A stretch of DNA of 33,063 nucleotides from Jimgerdemannia flammicorona (taxonomy: Eukaryota). The stretch is from positions 1 through 33,063 of the forward strand of contig RBNJ01000324.1 of NCBI GenBank assembly GCA_003990765.1, written 5' to 3'. Under the pieces are notes generated by a model that made no database searches, had not been told where the DNA came from, and was given only the letters and a program-made list of their open reading frames with translations. Numbering within the stretch: position 1 is the stretch's first letter; each line of letters begins with the position of its first letter. The position numbers were made by a program, and so were the translations under genes. Of this stretch, positions 11,040 through 24,099 are shown in pieces.

Positions 11040-14000
11040 TGAATAAATATACATCATTTCAACCCACTATCCAATCCCCACAGGGGGGCCCCTCCCTACT
11101 TTCTCATGAATGAAAATCACCCTTTCACCAACTACCCCCACTCTCCCCCTACTTTGCCCACAGATTTTCTCCACCAAGTGGCGCCTCCGACCACCCTGCA
11201 TCCCCCAACCCAGCCACCAGCCTGTTAAGGTGTCTTCCATAAGCCTATGCTATTGCAGCAGCTGGTCCCCCAAGCTCTGTCTCCTCCCATCCTCAAAAAC
11301 AAATAGCCAATGACTGGCCAGCCCCACCCAAATAGCCAATGCCCAATCTAACATAAGCCACTCCTTCCCTATCCCCACTCCTTCCCTATCCCCACTACCA
11401 ATCTATCCCTCAAGTCCTCCCATCACCCCCGTACTTCATCACTCCTACCCTATACCCCTAAGCGATCCCCAATTATCAGCCAAAAATCCCCCAACACCTC
11501 ACACTCTCCTAGCCAATGTTCTGGCATCTGTACATAACCCCCCTTCTGCCCTACATTATGGCACTCCTCACAGTCGAAGCAACCCCCTACAACAAGGTGC
11601 CCTGAGCGAAAATTGAGCATAACATTCCTCTGCAGCATGTGCCACCAGACCACCCGGTACTTTGGTGGCAGCCATGCTCTCACTGCAGTGCTCCAGGTCC
11701 AAACACCATGCCAGTTCCACTCTTCACCAATTCCAACTCCTTGCCAACTGCTAGGCCACAGATCCTGGCCTGGTCCCCTCTGGCATTCCATTCTATCACC
11801 AATGTCGAACTCAACTAAAGGAGCACCACCCAGCAGTATACGGTCCCATCTCTACATTGCTGGGTCCCAATCCTCCTCACCTTCATTCCCCTGCCAACGA
11901 ATACCAATATGGTACACTCCTTCTGCAATTCCCCACCAAAATCCTTTATATCGTAGTTGGGCAGTGTTCAGAAGCCCAACCAAGGAGAGGAGATCACTAG
12001 TTGAGCCCCTTGGCAATGCCCGCCTCTCCCATAACTTCTGTAATAGAGGAACCCATCCACCTCCTCTCAACTCCACTGCCCTCTTCAGCCACTATGCTCT
12101 CAAGCAGTGTAACCGTTTTGAGAAGTCAACCAGCTCAAGACTGCCTCTTGCTACTGGTAGGGACAAGGTCTCCCAATTAATTTGACTCTGCCTGCCAGCC
12201 CAAATCCATCCCTTCACCAACTTCATCAATCTCTTCACTACCCAGGCTGAGAAGTCCAGATGATACGCCAGGTACCACAACTTTGGCAGCCAGTAGACAT
12301 TCAAAATTAAGACCCACCCTACCAGAGAAAAATATCTTCCCCCCCAACTCCGCAGAGCCTCCTCCCAGATTCCAATCCTCTGCTCCCACCAAAGCTTAGG
12401 CAGAACTGACCCATAGACTGACAAGTAGATACCTAAGTACCGTACTACTTCACCGGTGGAGACAATTGTTCCTATAACTTCCCCTCCCACCAGGCCATTA
12501 CCGAGCACCATCATCTCACACTTATGCCAATTCAGCTTAGCTCCAGAATACTCCTCATACTACTCCACAGTCCTCTTGAGCTCCTCAACATCAGCAATCG
12601 AACCCAAACCCACCACCATATCATCAGCAAAGGCCCCAACCTTCCATCCTATGCCAAAAACAGAGAGCCCCACTATCCTCTGCCTAATTCGGTCCATAAG
12701 TGGTTCCAGGGAAAGAGCATACAAAATGGGGGACAATGGATCCCCCTGGGCCACCCCCCTTCCCAAGGGGAATGCTACCCCTCTATGTCCATTACACATG
12801 AGTGCAGCCCTACTCCCTTCCAGTAGGCTGACCATTGTTGACTGGAATTGATGTGGTACCCCCATTCTATTCAAAACTTTCTCCAGCCAGACTCTTCACA
12901 CCCAGTCATATACCTTCTTCTGGTCTAAGAAAACTAGATGCCCATCCAGTCCACAGGCCCTCACCCCTTCGATGATGCCATGCACTCAGGCAGTGCCATC
13001 CCTGATGAGCTGACCACCCACAAATCCCCTCTGCTCAACACCCACGACTTGCTGGGCCACCTTCTGTAGTCTCGCCACCACCACCTTAGTTACCAACTTT
13101 CTGTCTATATCTAGCAGCATTATCGGCTGCCAGTTCTTCCAATTCTCCCACCTTCCTTTGTTTTTGTAGAGCAGTGTCACCAGCCCAAGGTCTTGCTCCC
13201 CCACCCACCTTCCTGTCTGTAGAATAAGGTCACACAATGCTGTCATCTCTCCCATCACCTCTGGGACTTCAGCCATTTGCTTCCAAAAGTCCCAGGGCAG
13301 ACCATCCTCCCCAGGTGCTATACTGGATGTTGTCGCGGCAAGAACCTGGTGGATCTCATCCTCCTGTACAGGCATCACCAGGTTCCCTAGCCCTTCAACT
13401 TGTGGTGGGTGCCAATCCTCCAATGTTCATTCAATTGTAGTGGCATCTGCCCCACCCTCCTCCTCACTCCACAATCCACTCCATCTCTCCTTCAGTGATC
13501 CAAGAATGTCCTGTACACCATGCACCAGTACACCATCAGAGTCCAATACCCCTTCCCACTGTTGCTGGACCCGCCTCACCCTAAGGGCCCTTGTAAGAAG
13601 CTTGGAAGGCCTCTCTCCTTCCTCCAGATCCTGCCAGCGAAGACGTGCTGCCAAGCTCTGTACCCTTGCCTCTTCCTCCTCCCGCAGCACCTGTTGAAGT
13701 TCCCCAACCTCCATTTTCGCCCTCATTAATCTCCAATCTTCTTCTCCCTCCAACATCATCAGCCTTGCCCACTCCTCCAGGAGCCTCATCAATCTAGCAG
13801 AGGCCCAGCGCACTCTTTGTTTTTGCTGCTTCCCTGCCTCCTTGCCAGCCTCCTTCCAGTAAATCCTGGCCATTTCCTTCATTCTCATCTACCGAGTCCC
13901 AACTGCAGCCCCTTCCTGCCTCCAGTTCTCCACCCTCAGTTGAATGTCTTTAGCCCACTCATCCCACTGGGTCTTGTCATCTAACAAAGAGGAATTGAGG

Positions 14001-14740
14001 CGCCAATGTCCAGGCCCATCCCCACTTCCCCCAAAGTGCCCCTGTCCCAAAAGCCCCCAGTGATCCAACCATGGACACCATTCCACCTCCAATGATTTCC
14101 AAACATCTAGTCCCCAGCAGCAGGCCATCAAAATCTAGTCGATTCTAGTCCCCAGACCCCCTGCCCAATGTGTATAGACCCTCCTACTCCCCCAGCACTC
14201 TCTTCCAGCATCCAATAGTGCACTTAGTCTTTCTACTTCCTCCCATGCCACCAGCCCTCCACTCCTGCTCTCAGCACCTCATCCTCCATCTGTTCTATCC
14301 AGCAGTATATTCCTAACCATATTGAAATCTCCCCCAAGCACATCCACCCCAACCTCTGCAAGTAATCCACTCTCCTGTAAGCCTTTCACCCAATCTACCC
14401 TCTCACCCCGTACTGCAGGGCAGTAGCAGGAGCCAACCATAACTGGCTCCCAGCCTGTCTGAATCCACTCTCCCCAGACCAGTCTCTCCCTCCAGCACTA
14501 CATATTCTGTATCTCCCCTCTGCCTTTCCTAACCAAAATCCCAACCTTGCCCTTCCAAATCGCCGTACCTCCCCATTCCTTCATCCATTCTAATCTATCA
14601 GAGTCATCTTCGCACCAGACATCCTGCAAGAGGAAGAGATCGGCCTCCAATCCCTTCATCTAAGTAAAAATGTTCCTATGTCGAGAAGTGCCCCATAACC
14701 CATTCATGTTCAAAGAGAAAATGTTGGTTGTACTATTCAT
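11040..14740 (-). pseudogene. LINE D ORF2: AP-endonuclease, reverse transcriptase, C-terminal Cys/His domain; stops and frameshifts
   Basis: APE motifs SLNMNGL, LFLLQD, GGDFN, RID, (S)DH. RT motifs APGEDGLP, QRGF, QGDPLSP and FADD (12620-12631). CFDC...H...C at ~11500-11580. Confidence 0.93.
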
Positions 14741-14773
14741 ATTGATGATATATGTGATGTTGTCAATCAGCCT

Positions 14774-16798
14774 CTACTGCTCTATACTCATCTCCTCCTG
14801 TACCTTGTCCAAATTATGTTCTGCAGCCCCCTCCTCCTCTTCTGCCCTCTGGGCCTCCAATCCAGCCAGTAGCTCATTCATCTCTCCATCGGCCTTCTCC
14901 TCAAACTCCTCCTGGTATTCGATACATGCTTCCTGCCAGAGCTGTAGTCCATGTCACTTATTCCAGCAGTATTCAGCCCTTTCTCCAGCAATAACCACCA
15001 TCTCCTCCTCCCTCTCCTTATCCACCTCATACCCTTCCTCCTCCAGGTATACTACAAGAATCTCTGCCTTCAATGCCTTCATTATGCCATCTCTCTGCAG
15101 TATATCCACCCAATGCTCATCACTCATCACTCGCAAGTCCACTTCTCCCAACTCTTCTGCCACCAGGTTATTCATTATCTGATACATCCAAAGCAAGTTC
15201 CCCACCTCTTTCCCCCCCAGAGTTGCCAGCCTCCCTCTATCCAACATTGTGGTGTCAGCCCCAGCACTTGCAGACTCATCCCATACTTCCGGGACATCCA
15301 CCAGTTCCTCCTCACCAGCTGCCACCACCTGTCCCCCATATGCCACCTCTGGAACTCTGAATTGCACCCTCTGGGCCCCTTGCATTGGCACATCTTCCAC
15401 CACCCTATTCCAGGAAGCCGGGCCATGCCTGATGAGAGGGGTAGGGGTAGGGGAGCCCACCCAGTCCTCCTCCCACACCTCCAGTATACCATCTGCATAC
15501 AGGTCCTTCCCAGCCTTCTTCTCGTCTTCCCCTGCCTCCTTCTTGTCCTTCCCCTCCCCCTCGCCAGCCCAGACACTCGCTTCAGCTCCCCCTGTACCCT
15601 TCACCTTGCTCACATCCCCCAGTGGTCTGCTATCCAGCTTGGCCAGTAACTCCTTCTGCCTCTTACGCCCCTGAGCCCTTTCCCACTGCTCCTTAGTCAC
15701 TCGAATCTGCTTTCCATCCACCACCTCCAAGTGTGTTGCCTCTTCAAAAGCCTCCCAAGTCTTTGCTCGCCTCTCCACAGTACCCCCCAGCTCTTCGAGT
15801 GCTTCCAGTAAATTCTCCTCCTCCTCCTCACTCCCCTTCACCCTTGTCACCTTACACAGGATCACTCCCCAGATCATCACCGAAGGCCAATCCCTTGCCT
15901 TCCCAGTGGCTTCTTTCCCAGCCAGCCAAATTCTCACATCCACGTCACCAGTCCTAAGCGAGGTCCCTTCCCAGACCCTGAACCCGATATCCACCACCTC
16001 GCCATATTCTACCATGAAATCCTCAACTCTCTTCCTTGTCTCCATCGCTGTTACTGTCGGCACTCCTTTCACCAGTAGTTGGACTACCCTGGGGTCCCAC
16101 TTCAGGCACTGCGCCATTGGAATACACACCTCCCCAACCACCAATCCAACCTTCAGCACCTCCTCCAGTGGTACCACCTCCTCAAAACCCACCTCCACTC
16201 TTTCCAGCCCCTTCAAAAACTTCACGGATACTGCACCTGCCACCTGCTTAGCAATGAGCCCCAGTACCATTTTTGCCATCACTGCCAGGCCCCGGAAGCA
16301 CAGTGTGACTGCGAATGCTGAAATCAATTTCTTGAGTAACGGGGCCACCGCCAGACCCATTACACCATCTGCCAAGTCCTCTTGTCTTCTAAGCCTCAGC
16401 CGCTCAGCCTCGCCATCAGCTGTTACATCTGGATTTTTTTCCAGATTGACAGTCCCAACGCCATCAGCAGTCACACCCCCCCCAGCCACTACTCCTGCAG
16501 CTCCACTGCCCCCCCTTCCAAGGGCCGCACCCCCTGGCACCATCGCCTTCTTGGTCTCCTTGCTCTTCCTCAGCCAGCCCTCTAGCCCCGATGCCTGCTG
16601 TCTCCCCTTCACCATCTCCGTGAAGCTTGCCCTCCCAGATCCTGATCCTCCACCACCTCCTCCACCCCTTCCACATCCACCTGCCAGCAGGCCCCTCATA
16701 CCTCCCCCCAGGCCTGGACTCCTCCCCACCTGCTGCCAGTCGAAAGCGCTCAGGCTGCCCTGCCCAGTACGCACCTAAGGTTGCCTGTCGGTTGCCAT
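14774..16798 (-). pseudogene. LINE D ORF1 (675 codons with two internal stops; includes the 606-aa open stretch 14954-16774)
   Basis: ATG at 16798, SFTEMVK motif, a central RRM-like region (VQLLVKGVP...EYGEVVDI...RTGDVDV) and an acidic C-terminus. Homologous to the ORF1 remnants of E and F. Confidence 0.85.
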
Positions 16799-17269
16799 GT
16801 TGTTAGTCTCTTTTTGCCGAAAACAATGTCGAAAGTGTCTTCCAAAGGTTGTGTAACCTGAATGGTACTGGAAAGAGATGTTGTATATATCAGTTCTCAG
16901 TTTGATAGAAGTTAGCCAAGCTTCTAGAGTTTAGTTAGAAATACTAAGGTAACTTAAACATTATTATTAAGAACTCAGAAGAATGAATATAGAGAAGAGA
17001 CTTCTTATATTTTATACTAAACTAAGAGTTGATTTATTTCAAATATAATTAGTGGAGTATTTATACATATTAGCAAACAAACTATTTAGAGAAAGCTAAG
17101 TTACATATATATCTTTTTACAAAAACTAATATATTCAATAATTTTTACTTTACAATATCTAATTTACAAGATACAGCAGGAGTCTAACTTTGATTTAAAA
17201 TAAATTTTATTGAAATCTATCAAGTTTTGATAAAATAGTAAACTAAGATTCAACTAGCTCTGAGCACTT

Positions 17270-18380
17270 AAAAAGGAGGAGGTCTAGTCTGAATATACCC
17301 AAGAGTTTTACAGTAGTAGCAGGATCTGAAGGTACTGGAGGAAGTAGAGAAGAATAGAGGAGAGCTGCAGGAGTTGAGAGATAGTATATGATAGTAAAGA
17401 GTAAGAGAGCTACTACTAGGCCTATAGTGGTAGAGCAAGAGAGATATAGTATTGATAGAGAGGAGAGTCAGATAATTAGTCAGATACTGAATAGAGATCA
17501 GGGGCAAAAAGGTGTGACTGATATATCTGAGGCTAAGCAGGGCTGGAGAAGAGCTGACAGATAGAGATAATATTACTGAAGATGTAACTATTAAGATAAC
17601 TGAAAGTAAAGAGAGAACTACTTTGGTAGCAGAAACTAGTAAGCTAGTAGTGTGTCCATTCTTTTATAAATTAGTATCAATATGAGTAATCTCTGCCAAC
17701 TATTAGAGATATCTGCTAAAGAAGCTCTATAATTAATAAAAAAAAAGAGGGCTTATAGAAGTAGAGTTACTGAAATTATCCTATCAGCTGAGGTTGAAGA
17801 CTCTGGAGAAAGAGTTGATAATCAAGAGTGTTAAGATTGAGATAGTGAGATACCTATAGTAGAACCCCCCTATAGTAAGATTGGTAATAGAAGAGTTACT
17901 GATATTGAAAAAACAGAAGACAAAAGAGATAATAGTAGAGGTTTTGAAAAAGTATAGCAAGATAGTAGACTTCAAATTCATATTCTAGAAAGGCACCAAG
18001 TTGAGAAATAGAACTTTGAGATAATGGTATATTTAGAGAAGAAGAAAGGAACTAGATTGGGAAAGGATTGGTCTGAGATAATCTATATTACTAACTAAGA
18101 GTATAAGGTGTAAAGGAGAAAGAGGACAGAGTAGAAGAAGGAGAAGCTATCAATTACTCCTGAGGAGAGAGAGGCTGTCAAGATATTATATAAGAGAAAG
18201 TGAGAGAAGTTTGTTAAGGATTAGATTTAGATTCTGGCTAATAGAAAGAGAAAGCAGTAGAGAAAGAAAAACTAAGAATATTACAGACAGTATTGAGAGA
18301 ATCTGAGAGGAGGTAGTAGAGAGGATAGTGATAAATAGCAATCAGATAGAAGGGGTAGAGATAGCTGAGGTGTCCTTTTC
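17270..18380 (+). mobile_element. LINE fragment F (ORF1 only, same clade as D), heavily mutated
   Basis: At ~17850-18020, RYL**NPPIVRLVIEELL...KKYSKIVDFKFIF*KGTKLRN matches D ORF1 QCLKWDPRVVQLLVKGVP...EYGEVVDIGFRVWEGTSLRT. Confidence 0.75.
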
Positions 18381-18414
18381 TTAACTTGAGAGAGTTGAGA
18401 ACTTACTATATATA

Positions 18415-21400
18415 TTTTTTTTTTTTTTTTTTTTTTTTTTGGTTTTTTTACTTTTTTTTTTTTTTATAGGTACTTAGACTCTCTTATTTATTACTAACTA
18501 TTCTATATTATTAATATAGAATAGCCTCTCCTCACCCAATTTTACAGGAGACTCTCTCTCTCTCTCTATTTCTTCACTCTTTTGAATATACTGACCCTCT
18601 CTCTACTCATTATACTAATCTTCTCCACTAACTCATAGAGTTCTTACCCCTGCTACTACCTATTCAGAAGCTCTAATACTAACTACTCTCACCTTATAGT
18701 TTACTTCATAACTCTTACTCCAAGCTCTAACTTTTGGCTATTATCAAAATCATACTATCAATATTTAGCTAGCCTCACCCAAATAGCCAGAGCCTATCCA
18801 ACTATCAACCACTCATTGCCTATCCCTCTTACTAGCTATATATGAAGAGCAACCCACCTTCTCTCTACCCTCTGCTCAGGCAGTTATACTCCCAGCTAGC
18901 CTCTAATTACTCTCCAAAAGTCCTCCAAAACTACCCACTCTTCTAGCCAATTCAGAAGTCTATACCACTCCACTCTCCTGTCTGACATTATAGCACTCCT
19001 CACAATCAAAGATATCTCCTTCTATCAAATATTCTGACTAATAGTTCAATATTATATTCTGATACAAAAACCTCTACCACATCATCCAGAACTTGGGTAG
19101 AAGCTACTATACTACTATCTTACTCTATAACTAGATATCAGCTTTATCTTATCTCTTATTAATATTCACTATCTATCAGGCCTCTGGTCATAGATCTCTC
19201 TCCTGCTTCTAAAGATACTCCATACTATTCTCAAAACTAAAATCATCTATCAGTACACCCCCTAACAGAAGTCAGTCTCACCTCTATATCTAGAGTTCTC
19301 AGTTCTTCTCCCTCATCATCCTGTCATTAGATGCCAATATAATAGACCCCATCTATTACTCCTCACCAGAAACCCTTATAGTATATTCTATAGCTTCTTT
19401 TAAGTACTATCAAAGATAGTAACTCACCAGATACTCTTCTAGAAGAAAACTATATCTTCTATACTCTCTATATAAGAGGGACTTTACTATGACCCCTCAG
19501 CTTACTAGCTTGCTTCAATCACCATACTCTCATATAGTGTAAGCACTTGGTGAAATCTACAAGATCAAGGTCCCCCTCCCTAGCCCACTGGTAATATTGA
19601 TATCTCCTATCCAATCTGACTCTGTCATTCAGCTCAGATCTAAGTCCTGACTATCTTCAAAAGCCTTTTCATCATCTATGTATACTAGAAAGTCCAGATG
19701 ATAATCCAGATATTATAGCTTAGATAACCAATATTACATTCAATACCATTACTTTTCCCACCAGAGAGATATACTGACCACTCCAGTTCAGAAGCATATT
19801 TTTCCACTCTGTCAGTTTCTGCTCCCACTACTCTCTAGACAGTAGAGAGCCATATATCAAGAAGTAGATCTCTAGATAGCAAAATACCTCTCTTACTAGA
19901 GTAATTATACTAACCATATCCCCTCTCACTATATCTTCTCTCAACACTAGAATCTCACATTTGTACTAGTTGAGCTTAGCTCCAGAGCACTTCTCATACT
20001 ATTTTACTACTCTCTTCAACTCTGCTATATTCTCTACAGAGCACAGCCTAACTACTATATTATCTACAAAGGCTCTCATCTTTTGATTTATACTAAGAAT
20101 GTTCAACTCTCTCACCCTATACTGAATTCTATCCAATAAAGGCTCTAATGAGAAGATATATAAAATGGGTAATAGTAGATCACTCTGTAGCATTTCTCTA
20201 CTTAGGGGGAATGAAGCTTCCCTATAACTATTAACCAGGATAGCCACTTGACTTCTCTTTAACAGACTGACCAAAGACTACTAAAATCTATAAAAACTCC
20301 AATATACTTAAGTACTTCAGCCAGCTATACTCACTAAACCATATTATATATCTTTTTCCTAATCTAGAAACACCAGATAACCATCCACTCCTATAGCCCT
20401 CACTTTCTCAATAATATCATAGATCTATGCTATCCTATCTCTAATTATATAAGCAGTCATTAATAAAGTTTCTTTATTTTTCCCTCAGTACTTGTTAGAC
20501 TATTTTCTGCAATCTGGCCATTAAGATCTTTATAATCAGCTTATGATCTATATTCAGAAGTATAATTAACCTTCAGTTCTTCTACTCCTCCCTTCTCTCT
20601 TATTCTTATACAACAAAGTTACAAGCTCCAGATACTGTTCTTCAATCAATGCTCCAGAGTCTATAACTTTATCATATATCTGCTTCATTATTGTAGCCAA
20701 AATCTAAAGAATCTCTACTCCTTGAACTGATACTCCAAGCTTGCCCAAATGCTACTTAATGATCTGTGCATCCTCTCCACCCTCCTTCTCACTCTACAAT
20801 AGCTCTTAATGTCTACTCAACTGATCTAATATGTCCTGAGTCCTCACCATTAGCTATCCTGACTCATTCAATATTCTATCACATTACTACCTCACTCTCC
20901 TCATTCAAAGAAGTCTCAATAAGAACTTTGTAGGCTATTCCCCCTCCTCTAAGCTCTGCTACTACAGCCAGGCTACTATATCCTTCACTCACAAGTCCTC
21001 TTTCTGTCTCAGTAGACTCTACAGTTTCTCTATCTTAAGCTGGACATACTGAACTCTTTAATTAATTATCTTTCTATTCTCCAGCAGTCTAGCCCATTCT
21101 TTCAACAATCTCTCCAACTGGTACAAAGCCCACTATATATAACCTCTCCTCTAAATACTCTTTACTCTTCTAGCCTCTCTCCAAAAGCATGGAGTCTCAG
21201 ATTTCAACTGATACTATTGATCTCCAATAGCAAGTTCTGTCTCTCACTAACTAAGAACCCTAGAGTTAATGTCTACTATCTAGGTATCCTATAAAGAGGG
21301 CTCATCCAACAATGATATATTCAGATACTAATATCCAAACTCCTCTCTACTTCCTCCAAATCTTTCATATCTCAATAGATCTCAATAATCTGACTATAGA

Positions 21401-23209
21401 TACTATACAGTCTCTAATGATTCTCAGACATTCTTCTCTCAGCACTCAGCAGACAGGATCTAGTTAATCTATGAGCCAAGCTCAGCCATCTAGTATATAT
21501 AAACTCATTGATTATCTCACTCTAATCAGCCTATATTTACTAGAGAGCTAAGTCTTTCAATCTTCTCCTAGTCTTTTATTCTCCTACTCCTTCCAGATAG
21601 CCTTCTCCCACTATTAATTCTGTCCAACCTCTCATTGTAAACCATATTAAAGTTTCCACCCATATAGTTAATTCCCATCTCCACTATAGTATCTAAGTCT
21701 TATAATTCATATATTTACTCTATGTGGGTCCCCCTTTCTACTAGACAGTAATAAGACCTGATAACTACTGGGTCCCAGTCTGGTCTCTATTATGTCTCTC
21801 ACACTACCTTACTATTCTAGTGTCTAATATCTCTAATATTTCTTTTTTCCTTCTGAACTAAAATATCCACTCTACTCTATCATACTACTCATCCCCCCAT
21901 TCTCTCATTCAGTCTAGTATATCTAATTTCTCATCACATCTCACATCTTATAGTAAGAACAGATCAGCATCCAGCTCCCTCAGTTAGTAGAAAATGTTCT
22001 TTTACTATACCTATTGATATTATGAGAAAAAAATTCTAATTATACTATTTATATTAAATAACAATTAAAGAGGAATGTCCCATTCTACAATTTTATGCTC
22101 ACTCTATCACTAGTCATATCCAAGTTTCTCTCAGCTATAAGTTTGATATCTTCTTTCTGTTGAGTATCCAGAGCTATCAATATCTCCAGACAGTCCTCTC
22201 CATCCTGGATCTTCATAGATGTTCTGTATTTCTCACATACTATATATCTGATCTCTTCCTCAGGCCCTATAGATAAGCTATATACTCATTAGTAATCTCC
22301 AACAGTACTGTCTCTCTGTTCCTATTGACCTCATACTCCTTCTTCTCTAGTAAAGTTATCATCAACTTATCTCTCAGCTTATATATCACCTCTTTGCCTT
22401 ATATAATATCTCTTTAGTATATCTCATTGATAATATAGAAATTAATCCCACTTCTAACTACCTTCACCCCTAAGTCTAACTTCTGTCTCCTGATCCCTAG
22501 ACCATCCTGGGCCTCTACTCTCACTGACTTATCTCACTCCTCCTCTGGCACATCCTGTAACTTTTCATCTCTCTCTCTTACTGCTAAGATCTCATACTAG
22601 ATGTGAGCCTTATCTTTTATAACTGTATTCTCAGCTATTATGTTCTACTTAAGAGTCACTCTCCCCTCTAGGTCTCTCTCTTATGATGTCACTATCTCTC
22701 CTGCCCAGGCACTGATTCTCAACTTAGCTATCTTGATATTCTCTATCTCTTCAGAACCTCTCTCCAAACTTACCAACAAATCCTTCTATCACTACCTTCT
22801 CTATACTCTCTCTCAAGTAGCTTAGTCTAGATACACTCTCTTATTATTAATAATCTCCACCACTATCTTAACCTTATACTCTTTTCAAGCTAGCTATCTT
22901 CTTTCTGCTACCTCTACTAAGTTCTTTAGTATCTCTAGTAAGTCCTTCTCCTCCTTAGATAACTTCTTTACTCTCAATATCTTATACTCCACCAGTCTCT
23001 ACTTTAGTATTATCAGTCAATCTCTCTCTTTCCTTATATTCTCTTTCTCTATCAGTTATACCCAAATATCTATATTACCTATCTAGAACTCTATATTCTC
23101 TCAGACCCAGAACCTAATATCTATAACATCTCTATACTTCTTGACTATATTGATGATCAGCTTTCTAGCCTTCTTCTTCTTCACTATAGAAATACATATT
23201 AGTGACTAC
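18415..23209 (-). mobile_element. LINE E, 3' part (poly(A), ORF2 ~18520-22060, C-terminal part of ORF1)
   Basis: T tract 18415-18465. The 3' end ATAGGTACTTAGACTCT resembles D (ATAGTCACTTGGACTCT). ORF 19999-20274 is an RT remnant (AFVDN for AFADD). APE motifs GGNFN and LL*DV are present. Confidence 0.92.
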
Positions 23210-23970
23210 TATAATATGTAGAATGAGGTATGACAAGTGATCACATAACTCAGTGAGTAATGACATCATCATATGATTGAGTACAACATATGATATTTTG
23301 AATGACAAATGAACAATGCAGAAAATGATATAAAAAAATGATATTCAGTTTATCTCTAACAATCGGTACTACAGCAACTATTGCCACAGTAGCTGATTAT
23401 TACCTAGTAATTGAGGTCCTGATCACAAAGTTGTTTTTGTCAAAAACCATCTGACAAAAGTTGTGATCATAAACCTCACTATAGTTATCAAATTAGTCAC
23501 CTCATACTTAGCCAGAAATTGCAGACCAACTTATATAAATACTCTCAGTTTCTATCTAAAATAAACCAGTTTTAGTTCAGTCCTTGATACAAGAATCAAG
23601 TCTCCCCCATACATTCCCCTGAGTCTTAATAATGACATCTAAGTAACTCTAGTGTTTTTGACTAAACTCCAGGAGCCTAGCTAACTTCTACCAGAACTGA
23701 GACCAGTATATAAATCCCCAAAGACTTAAGTAAACCCATTGAATCTGAATTCCAAGGTGAATTCAGTCTGTGCACAGCAAAGAACAAGACTCTTGAAATA
23801 TAGGGCAAACCTTTGAAAGATAAGGTATAGCTGCTACAATTACTTTCAAGCAAGTGTTTCCTCAAACTGAAGGCTTCTTGGTATACATTGTATATTAAGT
23901 TCCTAAGTAATAGTCTTACTTCTCTAATTATATAAAGAGTAAGATAGAGATAGAAGTAAGAGTTATTACA
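23210..23970 (+). repeat. 5' LTR of element C
   Basis: Direct repeat of 31539-32309; TATAAATA at ~23535 and AATAAA at ~23560. Confidence 0.95.
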
Positions 23971-23973
23971 ACT

Positions 23974-23985
23974 TGGTAGCAACAG
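23974..23985 (+). promoter_or_regulatory. Primer-binding site of element C (initiator tRNA-Met-like)
   Basis: TGGTAGC begins 3 nt after the LTR end, consistent with the complement of an iMet 3' end (GCTACCA). Confidence 0.7.
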
Positions 23986-24099
23986 ATTATTAGCCAAAAA
24001 GGCATTAAGAACACACTCTTGAGAAGTTGGAACAAGGCCAACCTTAGATAGGAGTAATCTCCCAGAACCAACTGTGGATCTCCAAACTAGAGCCAGAGA

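Larger units (their letters stand above)
10989..16883 (-). mobile_element. Full-length L1/Tx1-like LINE D (ORF1 plus APE-RT-CCHC ORF2)
   Basis: Poly(A) tail (plus-strand T tract from 10989), AATAAA at 11025-11030, and a 15-bp TSD TATATATCAGTTCTC (10974-10988, 16884-16898). It is the least mutated large element in the window. Confidence 0.95.

Noticed and set aside
11110..13729. Plus-strand ORFs over LINE D ORF2
   Set aside because: They are antisense to clear RT motifs and are compositional artefacts.
14670..16778. Long plus-strand ORFs (170, 232, 141 and 290 aa)
   Set aside because: They are antisense shadows of the G-rich LINE D ORF1, Ser/Pro/Leu-biased and without recognisable motifs.
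18415..18465. Long T tract as a terminator or simple repeat
   Set aside because: It is the poly(A) tail of LINE E on the minus strand.
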